The notes beneath the pieces are model-generated. The model ran no database searches, had not been told where the DNA came from, and worked only from the letters and a program-made list of their open reading frames with translations. From NCBI GenBank assembly GCA_009103225.1, contig RHPI01001052.1, positions 1-64,000 of the forward strand: DNA of 64,000 nucleotides. Reading direction: 5' to 3'. The translations under genes were made by a program, and so were the position numbers. This stretch comes from Chlorokybus atmophyticus (taxonomy: Eukaryota > Plantae > Mesostigma and Chlorokybus algae). Positions 34,241 to 52,240 of the stretch are shown here, piece by piece. Position 1 is the first letter of the stretch. The number at the start of each line of letters is the position of its first letter.

Positions 34241-37200
34241 GTGAATCTGCTCCCCATACTCACTTGCCCATTACTTACTTGTACTTACCTGTTGTCGTTG
34301 TCGTGTGATGCTTGTTGAAATGTTTGCTCACATCCGTCACCCTGTGCTGGTCGGGATTGCAGTGCTGCCTTCTCCAACCTATGCACCACCATGTTGTACA
34401 ACTGCTTATAGTCCGTGTCGTATGCCATGCCTTGCATACTACCACAGCTTCCCACACAACCTTCGCAACAACTGCTTCTTAGTATGGCCATCTTGGATCA
34501 TGTCCTTTAAGAACAGCACCAACTCTAATAGAAAATGGGAGCGGTATGTATAAATGCGTAAGAAGCGACAACACTGCAACATGACTACTCGCTGTTTAAT
34601 TGTTCGTGCAATATTGGAATGAGGGTGAGGTGCCCTTTACACGGGATGTCCACATAGGCCGGGTCACGTCTCTTGTTGTACACCTTTGTGCAAAGGCCTA
34701 TGTCCTTCATCTGAAAGACGCATAATTTCTAAAAAGGCACAGCAGCACCAGTGGCAGACTAGATGACAGTGAGCATGGCCTGTGGGTGAATGCCCCCTGC
34801 TAGCGCTGTGGGTGACAAGTATTCAATGCCTGCTGGAACTCAGGCACCCCAGCCACAAATAGATCATCCATATAGCGCAAAATGCACAGAGCAAAGCGTT
34901 GCAACAGCATTGGGTCATCGCATGCCTTCAATCTTTCGATAAAGTTCAGCTCAGTAAAGAGCGTGTTATTGGATGGAAAGTAAACCCCTGCTGGATTCCC
35001 CATAAGAATGCCAATCCGTTGTCTGTACACGCTGTCCACACTTGTTTGCAAAAACAAGTTAGCCAACACAAACTTGAGCACGTTATGTAATTGCATAGCA
35101 GTGAAAGTGCGTGTTGTGCCCTTTGTGTAAGTGACAGTACTGCCACAAACCGATCTGTGGTTGACTTCTCCCTTAAGAACGTTGTTGTGGAGCTGTTTCG
35201 CTCTATGGAAAGAGTGCACCTTGGCAAACACTTTATCCACTAGACCGCACATGCCATCGGTGAGGTCTTGCTGCTGTTGCTTGGTGTCGAGTGTGGTACA
35301 GTCGAAAGTGTGTAGGGTGAGAGGTTGTTGCTTGTCGGTGCGTGACCTCGTGGTGTATTTATGCTGCAGCCTTGTAAACGCCATTAAAACATTGATGATC
35401 CGACTGGCTTTTGCTGCTTGTAGGCCTACAGCATCCAGCCACAAGACAATAACCACATCAGCCGTAGCAATGTAAACCCTTGTCATCCAGCCACCAGCAT
35501 CCGTCAAAGTGGTTAGGCTGCTGCAATGAAGCGAGGTGCTGGTGGAGTCTTGTGTAACTTGATGGTTAGGTACAAATGAGGTTAACGCACAGCCAACTCA
35601 AGTGATAAAGTCACGAAGTCATGCTGGAGTTGGACAGTGCGTGGCGTCGTATAATGTTCAGCCAGCTGTCACTGTAAAGCTGATAAGTATCGTTTTTCAA
35701 TTCTGCACGCATCAGCTGCAAATAGCAAGCCTTGCACACAACAACAAAAGTGCCTGCACACTTATCTACTTCCGTGATGAAGAAGTTGTGTTGTAGCGCT
35801 TTCAGTGCAGCTTGAGCTACAGTATCCATCTTGTAAGCCTGTAAGCTAGTGCTGGGCAACCAGTGCATGTGAGCAGTGAATGTGGACAACACTTCTCCCA
35901 TTACAGCTTGCATCCAAGGTTGCTGCAGTCCTGTCCGTCATTGTTGCAATTTTTGAGCTTCCGCAAAAAATTCCTCTATGCCTTTACGTACTGCTAGCAT
36001 ACACACGGACACATATGCTTTCACTGGCGTGTGAAATTTAATACCGCAATCAAGCAATGTCTGCAAGATGTGCGAATCAGCAATGCTATAATTATGAGTA
36101 TAATCACACGTCACGGCATGTTGCAATGTCGTGTGCACCAGCTCAAAGAATGGATGTGTATTGCAATTACACTCGAACTCATCTTGCTGTTGGTGGTTGT
36201 TGTCGTTGCCAGTGACGAACGGTTGCATAGGGACTTGCCCAAAGTGGAGTTAAACTTCCATACCACCCGTGGGTCTTCCAAGTTCGCTGCAACGGTTGTG
36301 GGATGGTGGCCCGCACCTGTTCAGCTGCCAAAGCCGTTTGCAAACTTAGAATCTGCAGCTTGGTTAGGAAATGCACAAGTCACCAGCAATTGTGCACCCC
36401 TTTGTCGTGCAGCTGGGTAAGCACTTGTCACCCGAGCTAGGGCTCCTTCTATGTCCTTGACTTTCTGTGGTGTGAGGTTGATGTCCTCTGGTTTTACCTC
36501 CGCAGCAAGTTGAGCATACGCCAGAGGGTCTTTAGCTTGTACCTATGCAAGTCAGCAATGTGCAAACGACCCGCATACATTTGATCTTACAGAAAGCGAA
36601 GTTTGCAAAGATAATCATGATAGTGAACATACGCACAGATACATATTCCTTCACCACCACAGGTGGTCGCATTTGACGAGCACGCACTGTAACACCTTTC
36701 TTAGCTCTGGAGCATGCAGGGCATGAATGTCGTGCACCCTTTCTCTCTCGATTAAAGCCCAGGGGTGAATGTGTTTGCAGTATTTGTATCCAACGATGCT
36801 CATTGTGACGAGCCACCTTGTATCACTCGTCTGCCGTCATCTGGCCCTCAGGAACATGTTCAATCGGTGAAATGCCCCAGTTGTGTATACCTCTGTGCCC
36901 CATATCCTTCTTCAGCGGGGTAGCCCTTGCTGCATCTGTGCATGCTCTTTAAACCGCTTCGAAGCATTATTGGAGGTGAGGCCAACATAATATTTTTTGG
37001 TGCCATCCGAGGGATACATCACATACATGACATGAGTGTCATTATTTGGATGTGACGCAGATTGCAAATGCAACTTTTCAAGACTTTTGTCACTAATTTT
37101 ACGGAAAATTGGCAAGTTGGCACTGTAGTGGGTTTGCTTAATCGTCGAAAGGATGCTTTGCCAGTATGCTGCGCTTTCCTCCTGTTAAGAAGCAGAGGAA

Positions 37201-38330
37201 GAGGGTTGTGACTACTGCGGCCCCAACACTTGAGCGTCATGGGCGTGATCCACCCCTCCATCCCGCACCCTAGCGCACAGTAAGTGCAGTAATGCTGGCC
37301 CCCGCCCTTGCAATGCAGTGAACAGAAGCACAGCCAACGATCTCGCCACCGTAAACTCACGCGAATAAAGCCCCACCTTAGGGCTTGTGAGACCGACGTA
37401 TGTTGTATGGAGCGAAGGCCTGCAGGCAATTCTTAAAATAGCCGTTAAATGCCGGTATCCACATCTCATGCTCTATAGGGCTTGTAAGACCCTCGTAGGT
37501 TGTGTGGTGCGAAGGGCTGCAGGCAATGTTTAAATTAGCCGTTGAATGCCAGTATCCACGTCTTATATAGAAATTAGTAGTTGCAAGCACATCACAATTG
37601 ACAGTTGGTCACGTCATCATGCAGAAGCTGACAAAGAGTGCAAATCCACATAAACAACTTGCACAACAAGTTTGCCATACCTGAACCACCTCAGAGAAGA
37701 TTAGTTGATGGTGAGCTCATTGAGTAAAAGGCAAAGCTATATAGCTTTGCCTCGTAAATATATGCTAGGTGGATACCACCTTTAGACCGCAAGGTTACAG
37801 AGTGCACAACACCCAGCCAATGCATGCATGAGGGGTGGGTACCACTCGTAAGATCACATAGGCCGCAGATTGCATGCACTGATTGCGAGGTTGCGTGAGT
37901 GATCACCACTCATCGGACCACAACGGTCCAGGATCGCACTCAGCGCAATGCACCTCACACCAAGGCCTTCCCACCAGTGCTAGCATCCACCTCACATGTA
38001 GTAGGTAGCGGTGTGCAAGCACATCTGCTGTCAGGGCAGCTCAAGCCAGCACATCATCTAGCAATTGGTCACGGCACCATGCAAAAGCTGGCACCGCATG
38101 CATGCTTTCGTACGGATGTTACGAAAAATTGACAAGTTGGCAGTGTAGTGGGTTTGCTTGAGTGCCGCAAGGATGCTCTGTTCGTTGAGAAGCGAAAGCA
38201 GAGGTTTGTGACTGCTGCAACCCCAACACTTGGTCGTCCTGGTCATTGTCCACCCAATCCATCTCGTGCACTAGTGCTCACCAAGTGCGCTAATGTGGGG
38301 CCCCCGCCTCTACCAATTAATCAACAACCA
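34240..38330 (-). mobile_element. Degenerate Penelope-like retroelement with GIY-YIG upstream of RT (Chlamys/Naiad-type order)
   Basis: Minus strand, 5' to 3': YVMY...YYVGLTS...RFKEH and HRWIQILQTHSPLGFN (GIY-YIG), then EVDK..FVVVCKACY, FDCTTLDT, GILMGNP, RYMDDLF, and thumb VPFLEI/TKVYNKRRDP. Frameshifted. Confidence 0.8.
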
Positions 38331-38499
38331 CTAAGCAGATAACTTAGGCGAAGCAAGGTAGCGAAAGCAAGCTGACTTAGCTGCTTTCTCGGAGATCCCC
38401 ACGCAAAGGCGTGATTTTGCCCTTGAGGCTTGCCCCAAGAGCGGCAATGGGCAATGGGAGCGCCCCCCCCCCTGCACCGCAGTACGTCTTATTCTCAGC

Positions 38500-39016
38500 N
38501 NNNNNNNNNNNNNNNNNNNNNNNNNNNNNNNNNNNNNNNNNNNNNNNNNNNNNNNNNNNNNNNNNNNNNNNNNNNNNNNNNNNNNNNNNNNNNNNNNNNN
38601 NNNNNNNNNNNNNNNNNNNNNNNNNNNNNNNNNNNNNNNNNNNNNNNNNNNNNNNNNNNNNNNNNNNNNNNNNNNNNNNNNNNNNNNNNNNNNNNNNNNN
38701 NNNNNNNNNNNNNNNNNNNNNNNNNNNNNNNNNNNNNNNNNNNNNNNNNNNNNNNNNNNNNNNNNNNNNNNNNNNNNNNNNNNNNNNNNNNNNNNNNNNN
38801 NNNNNNNNNNNNNNNNNNNNNNNNNNNNNNNNNNNNNNNNNNNNNNNNNNNNNNNNNNNNNNNNNNNNNNNNNNNNNNNNNNNNNNNNNNNNNNNNNNNN
38901 NNNNNNNNNNNNNNNNNNNNNNNNNNNNNNNNNNNNNNNNNNNNNNNNNNNNNNNNNNNNNNNNNNNNNNNNNNNNNNNNNNNNNNNNNNNNNNNNNNNN
39001 NNNNNNNNNNNNNNNN
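38500..39016. other. Assembly gap (N)
   Basis: N run. Confidence 1.
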
Positions 39017-39285
39017 GGGGGGGGGGGGGAGAAGGGAGAAGTTAACCATCCACCGCCGCCGCCACCCACGACGACGACTGTGCGACTGCTAATGCCCCTG
39101 AGGGTTTAAGCGGCTGCCCGCGCTCTTATCCCCTGCGCGTCAGTCACTCACAATGAGCAGTAATTAAATTTGGTAGTTAAAACGTGTTTTGCAAATTCTG
39201 CAAAGATGCGCACAGCGGGGCATTTTCGTAGTGCACATGGAATTGCTGTGAGCTGCGCATTAACTTGACGTATATTCATATATGC
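39017..39285. repeat. Direct repeat copy 2
   Basis: Similar to 33970-34240. Confidence 0.7.
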
Positions 39286-40712
39286 ATATATGCGTCAATG
39301 ACAGTGTTCTTGGTCACCTGCACAACGGATGTATGTTTAAGTATGTATGTGTGGATGTGGAAATGCTGAGTGCTACCGGAGCATGTGGATTAGGCACATG
39401 ACAACATGAGACCATTTCCCGAGTTACGCGAAACAATTATTGATCACCTCTACCATTAGGCGCTACAACGGCTATCAATATGAGGGATTTAACGGAGCAC
39501 AATTGCGTGGGTGGTAGTGATGTCTGGATAGGCAGAGCGTGTTGTACGGGGTATGATGCTGTGCGGTGATTGCGGGGTGGCGACAACACAACTACTAAAT
39601 TTTGGTGCTTTCAGAAGCCAAGCTCTCTATTGTTAACAATAATAATTTACAGTGTCTGTGAGTGCGTTGGCAATTCATAGTGCTAACCAACAACCACAAG
39701 CACACGCCACCTACGCAGTCCCCTCGAGGGGCGATCCACAATCTTTTGTACACCATACTGCAACATGCCTGGTATGTAACCACGCACGTTATGTTTAACC
39801 GCTTTATGGCTGATTTGGTTTGGGTGCAAATGCATCCGCATGATGGCTCATGTGTGGCACAGATTATTGATTAAATACACTAGCTTGAACGAGTTTAAAA
39901 AATAGATTCATTACATGTAAGGGATGCAAGTGGTTTAATGCATAGGCCACGATGTTACATTTATACCACTTAGCATATATGCTTGCATATATCAAATTTA
40001 TGCGAATACCTCCATTTAGACTTATATGGGGCAGGGGGCTTTATCTGTACCCCCTTTTACATCAATAATGCAGCCCTAATGCAACACCCCGCAGGAATAG
40101 TTTATTTATGCATATTCCATTCAGGGGGAGCAGGGGGGGAGGGGGGGGACGCGCTTTTTTGTAAAAGCAGGTTGTATTCTCATGTATGCGGTATGCATGA
40201 GACAATTGTAAACCAAAGACGTCAATCATCAAATATGGGCCTGTAACATTATTTAAGCTCGTTTGCTATTTACGCAAGTCATGCACGCAATGTCTTTATT
40301 GATAATGCGATTATATTCAAGTTACTTCTCAATCGATTATCTTGTTTTATTAATAATGAGGTGTGTGTTCAAACTCCATGTGCTAGCACACCAAATGTCA
40401 CCTATCAGAAAGCTAGCACGGGTTCATATTACAACTAAACACGCTCCGACACTTCAAGGGCCATCATAATCTTCACAATTAGCTTAGGTTCATTTTTCTT
40501 ATGGTCGTGTACAATGAAAACAACAAAGTTAGTAGTGGGGCAAAGTTTCCATTGCTTTGGGGTGTTGCGCTTCGCACGTGAGCAACCAGCAAAGCGTCAA
40601 TACGATCCAGTCAGAAGCTGCGTCCCGCAACGACTTCGCGGCGGCGGCGGCGGCGGCGGCCACGACGCCCGCCTCGTCGCAAGTGGCCGCGACCACGACA
40701 TTGACGAGCACA

Positions 40713-45811
<5,099 letters not shown>

Positions 45812-46866
45812 CTGAGCTCTTTCGCAAAAGCACTGGAACCTCATAGCAGGCACTGAGCATAACGGCGTGGACCAAAGCGTGGAATATTACCGTAAGCACA
45901 CAACATTGCATATGACATCAATGAAACAAAACAAGCAGCTGTATCATTATAGCGTGTGTGCTTGACCATGACACTGACCATTAGCGTGCAGCAAGCACAC
46001 CAATCTTGCAAAGCATGCTGGCAATCGCAATTCATCCTTGAACCGCCCTCCCCCCCTCCACTCACAGCCATGCGTGCACGCGCGCGCGCGGGGCTGCCGC
46101 TTTGTGACGTGCTACCAAACTCCGTGGTCATGGGCGATATTCATGCATGCAACGTGCTATGCGACATTTTCTACTGCAATGAGCGCGCAGAGTCTGCGCA
46201 TTCATTGCAACAGAAAATGTTAGTTGCGACACTGAACATTGCGCACCATTACATATAGATGCGGCTACTGCAAGCACAATAACTCGCACAGAGCAACATG
46301 ACGCTTCATGGGCATGACGCCACTTTTTCCACAGGCCAACTTGGACCGTCCAATAGCCCAGCCCAACGACCCTACCCACAGTACACAAGCACCACATGTC
46401 TGCTTTTGGCCTGCAAACCGTCTTGGTAGCGAGAACTTCCTGCTGGGTGACCAAGGAGTCACAACCGACTATGATGCACCTTTCGCCAATGGGGCAATCT
46501 GTTTTGTTGTGCAATAGCATTGCTCTGCATGACACATGACAGTGTTGGGCACAGCGAGGCCCTCAAATCAGCAAAGCCAGAAACCATCGGCAGTGCAACA
46601 TGTTCCAACAAGTGATCATGCCTGTGGTCATGTTACTGTGGCAACCGCGCCGAATATTTTTGCAATGACCGTTGAAACAACCTTCAAGCAGAGTAGTATG
46701 CTACAATGCCATGGTAACAATTGTACGCTGTCTGCACTAGACAGGTAATAAGGGGATCTTGTGTATCTTACTTTTACAGTATCTCCTGCTGTCATGCTGC
46801 AGACAGGAGACACCACAATTGGCCTGTGTATCTCACAAGGGCTGGGTTCAAAACTTCACTTCAGAT

Positions 46867-49343
46867 TTAGTTCTTCTTGGCGAAGTAGTTGTCAAAGAAG
46901 CTCTTGTACACATCACGCAGGAAGTACAGGTGCTCGTACTTCTTGTAGCATCCACCCTGCACACAGGAAAGCATAGGCAACATTCAAAATGCTGTGCAAG
47001 TATGATACCCAGGTGGCAACCTTCACTTTAGCAGTCAGAACATACCTTGTCACCGGTGCGGATCCAGACAACATCACCATAAGCGGTCATCTCGTTGGTG
47101 TTGATGTCAAAGCACACCCAGTCGAAGGACACATCCTCACCGCTGAAGGTGACGCGTGGCCATGTCATGCGCACGCGGGGGTTGGCAAGCATAGCCCACC
47201 AGGAAGACTCGTATGTGTTACCCTATTAGCAACAGTGACCATTGTGTGAGCGCAGAATTTTGAATACATTGGTAAGTGAGCAAACTTCAGCCTTAACATT
47301 AATGCAGCAATCTGCCATACATACAAGCCAGCCGCGGGTGGGTTGGTTTGTGATAATCTGTTGGGGAGAAGGAGAGGGGGGGGGGGGGGGNNNNNNNNNN
47401 NNNNNNNNNNNNNNNNNNNNNNNNNNNNNNNNNNNNNNNNNNNNNNNNNNNNNNNNNNNNNNNNNNNNNNNNNNNNNNNNNNNNNNNNNNNNNNNNNNNN
47501 NNNNNNNNNNNNNNNNNNNNNNNNNNNNNNNNNNNNNNNNNNNNNNNNNNNNNNNNNNNNNNNNNNNNNNNNNNNNNNNNNNNNNNNNNNNNNNNNNNNN
47601 NNNNNNNNNNNNNNNNNNNNNNNNNNNNNNNNNNNNNNNNNNNNNNNNNNNNNNNNNNNNNNNNGGGGGGACTTGCTCACCTTGCCACGGCCGTACCAGT
47701 AGCCAGCCAGACCCTCCTGTGTGGGTGTAGCAGAAATGCCCGCAGCAGAGTCATACAGAGAGTCCTTGGTGAAGTACATCAGCTCGTCGCGGTACTCGTT
47801 GAACAGCACCTGTTTTTGCCAAAGAGTTAGTAGGTGCACCATGGTGAAGACTTCAAGCTGATTTAATATACATCATCGCTAGCAGCAGCAATGCAAGGGG
47901 TCTTATTCGACCACACAGCAAGGAAGCCTACTGACATGCAACAATGTCATGAGCGGTGGTGCTTGTTCACTATGTCTATGACATGTACTGATACATGGAA
48001 TGCGACTGCCTTGGGATGACAGAATATAGCCGTGCTGACAGGCACAGCATACAAGCTGAGGGCACTGACCGTGAGACCAGAGTACTCCTCAGTGACGCCA
48101 TCAATGGTGAAGGTGCGGTTCTTCTTGTCACCATCGCGCAGTGCCTGGCAATGGGTGGCCCACCACTTCTTGTTCTCAGCCTCCACGGACTGAGGGTTGC
48201 CATAGCTGGCGCGGATCTCATTCAGAGAGGTGTTGCGCTGGGTCTTCCTATAGATGCGAATGCCCTCAATACGCAGGGCATCCTCAATGATTTCCGGGGG
48301 AGCCTGCCATATACTGCCTTCAGTGCTGGCCACATGCATTGTATGCTGCAATCTGTTACACAGCTGGCATTATCCTTTCACTGCATTGCACCTTCTCACG
48401 GGAAAGGGTGGAGAAGTCCACGACGAACTCCTTGGCAGCGAGGTTGGCAGGGATCTGGATGCCAGTGTTGGCAAAGCAGTCGCTAACCTTCAACTTGATC
48501 TGTGAGTAGTAATTCACAGGGAAGGTGTTCATGCGCTCAATGAAGCTCAGGGCATCATCAACATCCTGCCAGACAGCCATACAGAGTCAGTCACAGCTCC
48601 GCAACCTCCGGCAGCGTGCTTGCTGGGTGTATGATAAGACAGTTTAAGCTGTGTAGCAGCAACTGAATAAACACTGCACTGTATAGGCACTGGATGATAA
48701 TACTCGTCATACTGCTGCCAATGCACCAATGCTTCAATCAGACACATGCTATTAACATAACATAATGTGACAGTCAGAAGACTCAATGCACGTGCTGCGA
48801 GCCAGGATGCCACTGTTGTGAGAGACAACGATGCCAGCTGCAGCATACTGCCAGCAAGCACCTTCTGTGTGTAGGTCTTGATAGCGGGGGCGACAATGGC
48901 CTGAGCAGCAGCGGCGGGGCGGGCGGCAGCCTTGGGGGCGGCAAGTTTCAGGGAAGGGGCGCTGGCAACGAAGCCGGATGAGCGGGAGGCGAGGGCGCGA
49001 GCAGACTGCGGGCGGCGCAGGGGCTTGGCAGCTGTGGCGGCGGCGGGCGCCACGGCCGTAGCACGCAGCGCAGTTGCGGCCTGGGCGGATGCCAGCATGG
49101 CCTGCAAGGGGGAATGGAGTTCTCACATTGCGTTCATGATGTCAACACTTAGCCATGTGAAAGACAGGGAGAACTCCCATGGCCTGCCCGTAAGCCTCAG
49201 AACGGTGAGCTCCACTGATTCGCATGTTCACCATGTGAACAACAACGTAACAACCCCAAGCGCAATGCGGCACATATCTCCCAAAGCGACATGCCCCAAA
49301 CATGCTATAAGCAAGCGAACATGCGTGTTGAGCTCACCTCCAT
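46867..49343 (-). CDS. Unknown plastid-targeted protein, possibly with an NTF2/SnoaL-like C-terminal domain
   Basis: 2-codon first coding exon (ATG GAG), Ala/Ser/Arg-rich transit-like peptide, GT-AG exons joining in frame including a 33-nt exon (47325-47357), strong C/G-ending codon bias, TAA at 46867-46869. Confidence 0.8.
47391..47664. other. Assembly gap (N) inside an intron, between G runs
   Basis: N run. Confidence 1.
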
Positions 49344-52240
49344 TGTGATAGCTCTATATAAGCCAAAGGACGCTGGGTTCTTGCTGTCTGTCAGACATCA
49401 CACATGCAGCATGTTAGTACGCAGCTGACAACACGACCCAGCAAATGGCATGAACGGCTGGCAAAAAAGTCAGCCACGGCCAACAACACACCACCAAGCA
49501 GTGACCACCCGACACCACAACGGACACCACGAACGACAACCCCAACACCGTCGCCGCTCAACTCACCTTTGCGCTCACGCAGCCTGCTGGTCTGACGCAG
49601 GGTAGACTGTTGTGCTTTGACCTCAACAACCAAGCAGCCAAAACCCCAACCGGTCAACTGGGAGTTCTGTCTACTGGTAAATTTACCTTTCCGACCGACA
49701 AGAATCTGCCAATTCCTCCCGTAACAACTGCCTAAAGGCTGGTGTACTTCGGTCGCACACCGCGCCTCTGGACACAAATGGAAGCTGCTTCGACTTTGCT
49801 CCCTGCGTAAGCGTTCATAAATGCCTACGACCTAGCGCAGAAAACCGCTTTAGTCATGCAACGGCCGTAACGCCTGGTCGAGAGCCAATCAGGGCCCTTT
49901 TGTGGGTGTTTCATTCGCATGACCAGCGTTCATGAAGCACCCCGATTTGGGTGTGTTGGGCAGTTAACGGGCTGACACCAGGAGGCTACGACTCGTTTTG
50001 TAGGGAGGGGCGAAGCCAGCCAGAACGAAGAAATGCAGGGGCGACGCAACAGGGCTGCGCAGACTCAATGCATTCTCATATGCATATTCTTGCCCCGCCT
50101 GCGATAGTAACGGTTCGACCCGCAGACTGCTGTCGCTTCCTCATCGCAAGGCAGTGGTTGGACCAGGACCCGTTGATCTGCAACTTCAAAGCGTTGGTGT
50201 ACTGAAGCAACACATGTCTGAGCAACTCGTAAGCCAATCACATGATATACATGGTGCGCCATGTTGTTCTCCAATGGTGACATGGTGCAGATGGTGAGAA
50301 CTCATATAAGGTATGGATCAGAGGCCATTATGCACACATGCGTAGATGCAAAGCAGCGGCAGGAGACATAGTTATAGCGTCTGCAATGTGAATTTGCTTG
50401 CCTCTGTCTGCTTGCGTCTGTTTGCTTGCAGTTAGTTTCATACAACGGACTACGTGCCATATGTCACACATTAAGTGTTATATGACGCACCCTATCATAG
50501 TGGCAAGCAAAACACACGCACAATCAAACAACTAATTACAATTACAGCGGGTATGTCCAAAATGAGCGATTGTATTTCATTTGATAAAAACCCCCATCGA
50601 ACACAAGCCCCCCTTGATAAGTGGCATAGTTTTAGATGTAATGTTTTTAAAATTCTTAAATTGGGGGTTTTCGTAAAAAAGGGGGCTTTAATCTACGTAT
50701 GCGATAAGTGCAACCGCGGTGAGGCACTTGGTAGTAGCACTGCTTGCTACTGTAGCGGGTGGGGACAACATAATGAATATCATATCCATTATGCCATTTT
50801 GCTACGGTAGCAAAACAGCTATATGCACATCTTATGAGGTGCAGTCTACATTATGCAGTAAAACAACATGGCGCGCCATGCAATTGCGATGAACGTGTTA
50901 TTAATGGTTTTTGTTACTTATCATGATGACCAAACAAATTGCATTGTCGTATGAAAATATTCAACAGCTAAGCTAAATGCATGTAGATGGAGAAAGGTAG
51001 CGGAGAAAGCAGTTGAGTTGCAAATAGTAACCGTTACCAGCAAGGCGACTCGCGTTGTTATAACACCTCGAAGGTGTTCAAACGCTATTATAACAACAGT
51101 CCAATTGGGGTGTAAGTAATAATTGTAATACTGTCTTTTTAATGCAATATTATTTGTTGCCTTGGTATCAAATGTACAAAAGATGCAAGAGGGAATGCAT
51201 AACATGCAAACCTACGTGCACATGCAATATAACCAACACCACCCACACTCACCACATCGACCACCAGGGCAAGGCGCCTACATGCTGCCTGCTAACTACC
51301 TTTAAGTCTACCACTACTGCCCCCCTGTCCCCCAGCATGCATGACAATTGCAGTCACCTGCACATGCGCCTTGGTTAACGGCCTTGCAGCAGCGACCTAC
51401 AACATCAGGAGGACATGAACTCCCCCTCCCCATCTCTCTCGCCCACAACCGCGCCGCCGCTTGCGCTGCCGTTTACTACGCTGCCGGCAAAGGGTTTACT
51501 ACGCTGCCGGCAAAGGCGCATTGGCGCTCAACATGCATCGTGCACTCTTTTAGCAATCGTCGTTGATGTGGGTTTCGCGCTCGTGTATATCCTCAACGCG
51601 ATGGTCCTTCTAATAAATGGTAAGCACTTCATTCAACAACCTAGCTAGTTATATATGTTGCAATTGTTACACATCAGCTAACATACGCTTGCATACCTAA
51701 TGTGCTGTGGTGCGCTAAGCAATTTGTACCTCGGTGTGGTTCAAGTTTTTAAATAAGTAAGACCCAAAGTTTTACATGTCGCAAGAGACAGTGGTGGCAT
51801 TGCTACCACGATTGCCACTTCTCAAAGTCGTTTGTAAATCCAAGGTATTGATTGGGAGACATGCACCGAACACCATTACCACAAAATGTACAACAGATAG
51901 TATGCATATGCTGCATGCATGGGAGCGTCATTCACAACAAGAACATGCACAACGTGCAACACCGCATCACTCATACAAGCATGCACGTGTACAAGAGGTA
52001 GTGTGTAGCACAAACCAATGACCGTAATGTGTCTAATGTCCACTACTCATGCAGGTCAGCCATCAAGGTGCACATGCAAACACGCACGCTGCTGCATGCC
52101 ATTTATTGACGGCTGCTGTGCAGCAGCCCAGCCCACACAAGCGTCCCCCACACGCACAGCACTAATCAAACCAGCAGCTCTGCGCACAAGCGCTTATCCT
52201 TGCCACAACCATAATTGCAAAGCTCGCATTGCTATACCTG

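Noticed and set aside
38377-39109. Long ORFs spanning N gaps (also 33642-34106, 47165-47842, 55631-56573)
   Set aside because: They are artefacts of translating Ns.
48547-49107. RbcS or another known photosynthetic protein
   Set aside because: The transit peptide is generic and the mature sequence lacks RbcS, LHC, PRK or LCIB motifs.
51415-51648. Possible small membrane-protein exon (hydrophobic stretch plus GTAAGC donor, 22-bp tandem repeat)
   Set aside because: No convincing downstream exons or homology. It cannot be supported as a gene.
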